A stretch of DNA of 17,345 nucleotides from a virus (lineage: Duplodnaviria > Heunggongvirae > Uroviricota > Caudoviricetes), in IMG/VR virus record IMGVR_UViG_2713897073_000004. One strand, written 5' to 3'. This document shows, piece by piece, positions 15,757-17,345 of this stretch (its first letter is position 1; each line of letters begins with the position of its first letter). The notes under the pieces were generated by a model that saw only the letters and a list, made by a program, of their open reading frames with translations, made no database searches and had not been told where the DNA came from. A program made the translations under genes and the position numbers.

Positions 15757-16382
15757 CCGCCCAGAAGAAGATATTTTCACTGGCTGGTATGTCGCCAAAA
15801 TCCAGCAATATGACAGCAAAGTCAGACATTAATACAGCAGATACAAGCAAAGTTTATCATTTGCTGGTGGTAGGAGCGGATGCCTTAACTATGTCAGAAA
15901 TTACGGTCGATGGTGTTAGCGTTGAGAAGGTCAGCGGCTATGCCAGAGAATTTCTGGTCGTAGATGACCTGTTCTGCTCGTGTAGTGACTCCACAAAAAC
16001 ATTCGTCCACGCGCGTGACGTTAACGAAATGAGCGCGATGTACTGTGCTTCTGGTTCTTCCAATAGTGAGTTTTCGGAGTCCATAAAAAAGAGCTTGCCG
16101 TTATGCGGCAACACGGTTTATGGTTATAAGGCACCTCATAAAACGGGTGCCGGGATTGGCGTCCTAAAAATTCTGAAGGCGACATATGACGCGCCGAGCG
16201 TCTTTTTTTATGTCGTAGGTCTGACTCACCCATTTTTTGGGCGTTGGTGTATAATCCAGCGCCTTTGTCAATCAATGGTGGCTCAGGCGGGGGCTTCTTC
16301 GGAAGCGCCGGTATCCATTCAGAGCCGGTTACGCCAACCCTGTCTGGGCTACCACCAGCGAAATTGGCGTTTCCGGTGGTAG
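15750..16382 (+). CDS. hypothetical protein; 3' boundary doubtful because the ORF runs through a terminator, a promoter and a structured RNA
   Basis: ATG 15750 overlaps the upstream stop (ATGCTAA), supporting a real 5' end. The last roughly 65 codons (from about 16188) overlap a GC hairpin plus T7 run, a TATAAT box and a stem-loop-rich region, and translate to low-plausibility sequence ([17 protein letters not shown]...RNWRFRW). Confidence 0.4.
   Translation: MLTAQKKIFSLAGMSPKSSNMTAKSDINTADTSKVYHLLVVGADALTMSEITVDGVSVEKVSGYAREFLVVDDLFCSCSDSTKTFVHARDVNEMSAMYCASGSSNSEFSESIKKSLPLCGNTVYGYKAPHKTGAGIGVLKILKATYDAPSVFFYVVGLTHPFFGRWCIIQRLCQSMVAQAGASSEAPVSIQSRLRQPCLGYHQRNWRFRW
16188..16209 (+). terminator. 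intrinsic terminator-like hairpin plus T-run
   Basis: GACGC (16188-16192), loop GCCGA, GCGTC (16198-16202), then TTTTTTT (16203-16209). Short GC-rich stem directly followed by seven T. Confidence 0.5.
16250..16255 (+). promoter_or_regulatory. candidate -10 element (TATAAT) for the leader RNA and downstream operon
   Basis: Perfect TATAAT at 16250-16255, about 40 nt after the terminator T-run; no good -35 hexamer at 16-18 bp spacing, so the promoter call is weak. Confidence 0.3.
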
Positions 16383-16393
16383 CGTAACCTGCT
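16276..16393 (+). ncRNA. candidate structured leader or antisense-type regulatory RNA (C4/CI-like immunity RNA or attenuator)
   Basis: GGCTTC-TTCG-GAAGC hairpin (16293-16306); TGGTGG (16276-16281) can pair with CCACCA (16352-16357), while CTACCACC (16349-16356) can alternatively pair with GGTGGTAG (16375-16382); AGCCGGTTACGC (16323-16334) is 11/12 complementary to GCGTAACCTGCT (16382-16393), which lies 8 nt upstream of the GGAGG of the next gene. Confidence 0.35.
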
Positions 16394-16412
16394 ATCTGAA
16401 GGAGGCTGCCAC

Positions 16413-16607
16413 ATGCTGGCTACTACCCCTACCCAAAAAACGCAATTTATCTGGATTATCGCCGCAGTTCGCCGCGATTGCCCGACAATTACCGCCAAAA
16501 TTCATCATATTGCTGCCGAGTCTGAACGCGATGCTCGCCGTTCTCTGGTGCGCGATCACGTCTGCTTTTTTGCTGGTCGTATCCGCATGGAGGTGGCACA
16601 TGATTAA
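16413..16607 (+). CDS. hypothetical small protein (64 aa)
   Basis: ATG 16413 with GGAGG 7 nt upstream; first gene after the structured leader. Confidence 0.6.
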   Translation: MLATTPTQKTQFIWIIAAVRRDCPTITAKIHHIAAESERDARRSLVRDHVCFFAGRIRMEVAHD

Positions 16608-16818
16608 AACCTACGATGTGCATATGGATCCCCTCGAACGCACAAGCCAGATCATCACACTGACAGAAGTGATTAACGACATTCTGGTGAGCAACTCTCC
16701 CTCACGAGACGAAAGACTGAAGGCGTTACTCGCGATATTGGATCTCGCCGTTCGTGACGTTCATTTCCTGCTGGAAGGTGGCGAAATGCCAGTAAAAACG
16801 GGGGCAACCAATGAATAA
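16600..16818 (+). CDS. hypothetical small protein (72 aa)
   Basis: Start at internal ATG 16600 (MIKTYDVHMDPLERT...), with GGAGG 16588-16592 upstream; overlaps the previous stop by 8 nt. The track ORF begins at 16510 inside the upstream gene. Confidence 0.6.
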   Translation: MIKTYDVHMDPLERTSQIITLTEVINDILVSNSPSRDERLKALLAILDLAVRDVHFLLEGGEMPVKTGATNE

Positions 16819-17005
16819 CTCAATTAATACCCCTCGCCTTACGTCCGCACTTCAATTAATCGAGCAAGCAGCGGCTGTCCTGGTTGCTGTCAGTCTTTCG
16901 GCTGAAGAAATGGACGCTGCTGATGTCGTGGATGCGATTAAAGCGTGCTCATCTTTGGTTAACGATGCCCGTGCAGAGCTGGTAATTCTTGGTGGTGAAA
17001 AATGA
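16811..17005 (+). CDS. hypothetical small protein (64 aa)
   Basis: ATG 16811 overlaps the upstream stop by 8 nt; alanine-rich helical sequence. Confidence 0.6.
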   Translation: MNNSINTPRLTSALQLIEQAAAVLVAVSLSAEEMDAADVVDAIKACSSLVNDARAELVILGGEK

Positions 17006-17265
17006 ATATCAACTTAATTTATCGTCATCCGTGTGAGCTGGAAATTGAATCATTGCTGGGGCGCGAAGAGCCATATCCAGACACATTCACTCCCGCAGAT
17101 TGCGCGACTGAACGGCTTACCAGAGCGCGCACAGGTCTGGTTCATGTGATGAATGAGATTATTCCCTCGGTGGGAGGGGAACAGGCGACAGTAATCAATA
17201 GCTGGCTACAAAAAGTTACCTCCCTGATAGATATCAGTTTAATCGATGTGGAGAGTGCGAAATGA
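17002..17265 (+). CDS. hypothetical protein (87 aa)
   Basis: ATG 17002 overlaps the upstream stop (ATGA). Confidence 0.6.
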   Translation: MNINLIYRHPCELEIESLLGREEPYPDTFTPADCATERLTRARTGLVHVMNEIIPSVGGEQATVINSWLQKVTSLIDISLIDVESAK

Positions 17266-17345
17266 CCAACATCCAGCTCATTGAAGCGCAATGTCGCATC
17301 GAACAGGTTCAGACTGTTTTAGGGTTCTGGCTTGAAGGGGCCAGC
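17262..17345 (+). CDS. hypothetical protein, 5' fragment (continues beyond window)
   Basis: ATG 17262 overlaps the upstream stop (ATGA); open to the window end (MTNIQLIEAQCRIEQVQTVLGFWLEGAS...). Confidence 0.5.
   Translation, partial: MTNIQLIEAQCRIEQVQTVLGFWLEGAS

Noticed and set aside
15526-16601. Minus-strand track ORFs 15526-15819, 16021-16275 and 16392-16601
   Set aside because: Antisense to the coupled plus-strand operon; no RBS.
1-17345. tRNA/tmRNA integration target, CRISPR array, IS element or transposase
   Set aside because: Searched by eye for T-loop-like GTTCGANTC motifs with an acceptor stem, regularly spaced repeats, and terminal inverted repeats flanking an ORF; none found.

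Overview
This 17.3-kb window reads as a mosaic of horizontally acquired DNA, not core chromosome. Every call below rests on reading the sequence and motif recognition; no database search was possible. LEFT BLOCK (1-12190) is island- or integrated-plasmid-like. It is bounded by a serine recombinase (704-1255, minus) and a tyrosine integrase with a DUF6538-like N-terminus (10856-12133, minus). Inside is a very AT-rich module (about 1262-6205): four helically phased GTAAC-N5-GTTAC palindromes, a near-consensus sigma70 promoter, a tightly packed operon of seven small genes (including an RHH protein and an HTH_36-type winged-helix, Rep-like protein), then about 960 bp with no ORF. After that comes a six-gene cargo operon (6206-10775) of proteins I cannot assign, including a 613-aa coiled-coil plus glycine-zipper protein. 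This cargo operon is my best candidate for an undescribed system, but its function is unknown. RIGHT BLOCK (12459 to the window end) is the start of a P4-like element: P4-family integrase, AlpA, an AntA-like antirepressor, then a terminator, a promoter and a structured leader RNA with mutually exclusive pairings, followed by translationally coupled small genes. The two integrase genes are head-to-head across a 325-bp junction that has 23-bp direct repeats and a G5 inverted repeat overlapping the P4-integrase ribosome-binding site. No tRNA, rRNA, CRISPR array or IS element was found.
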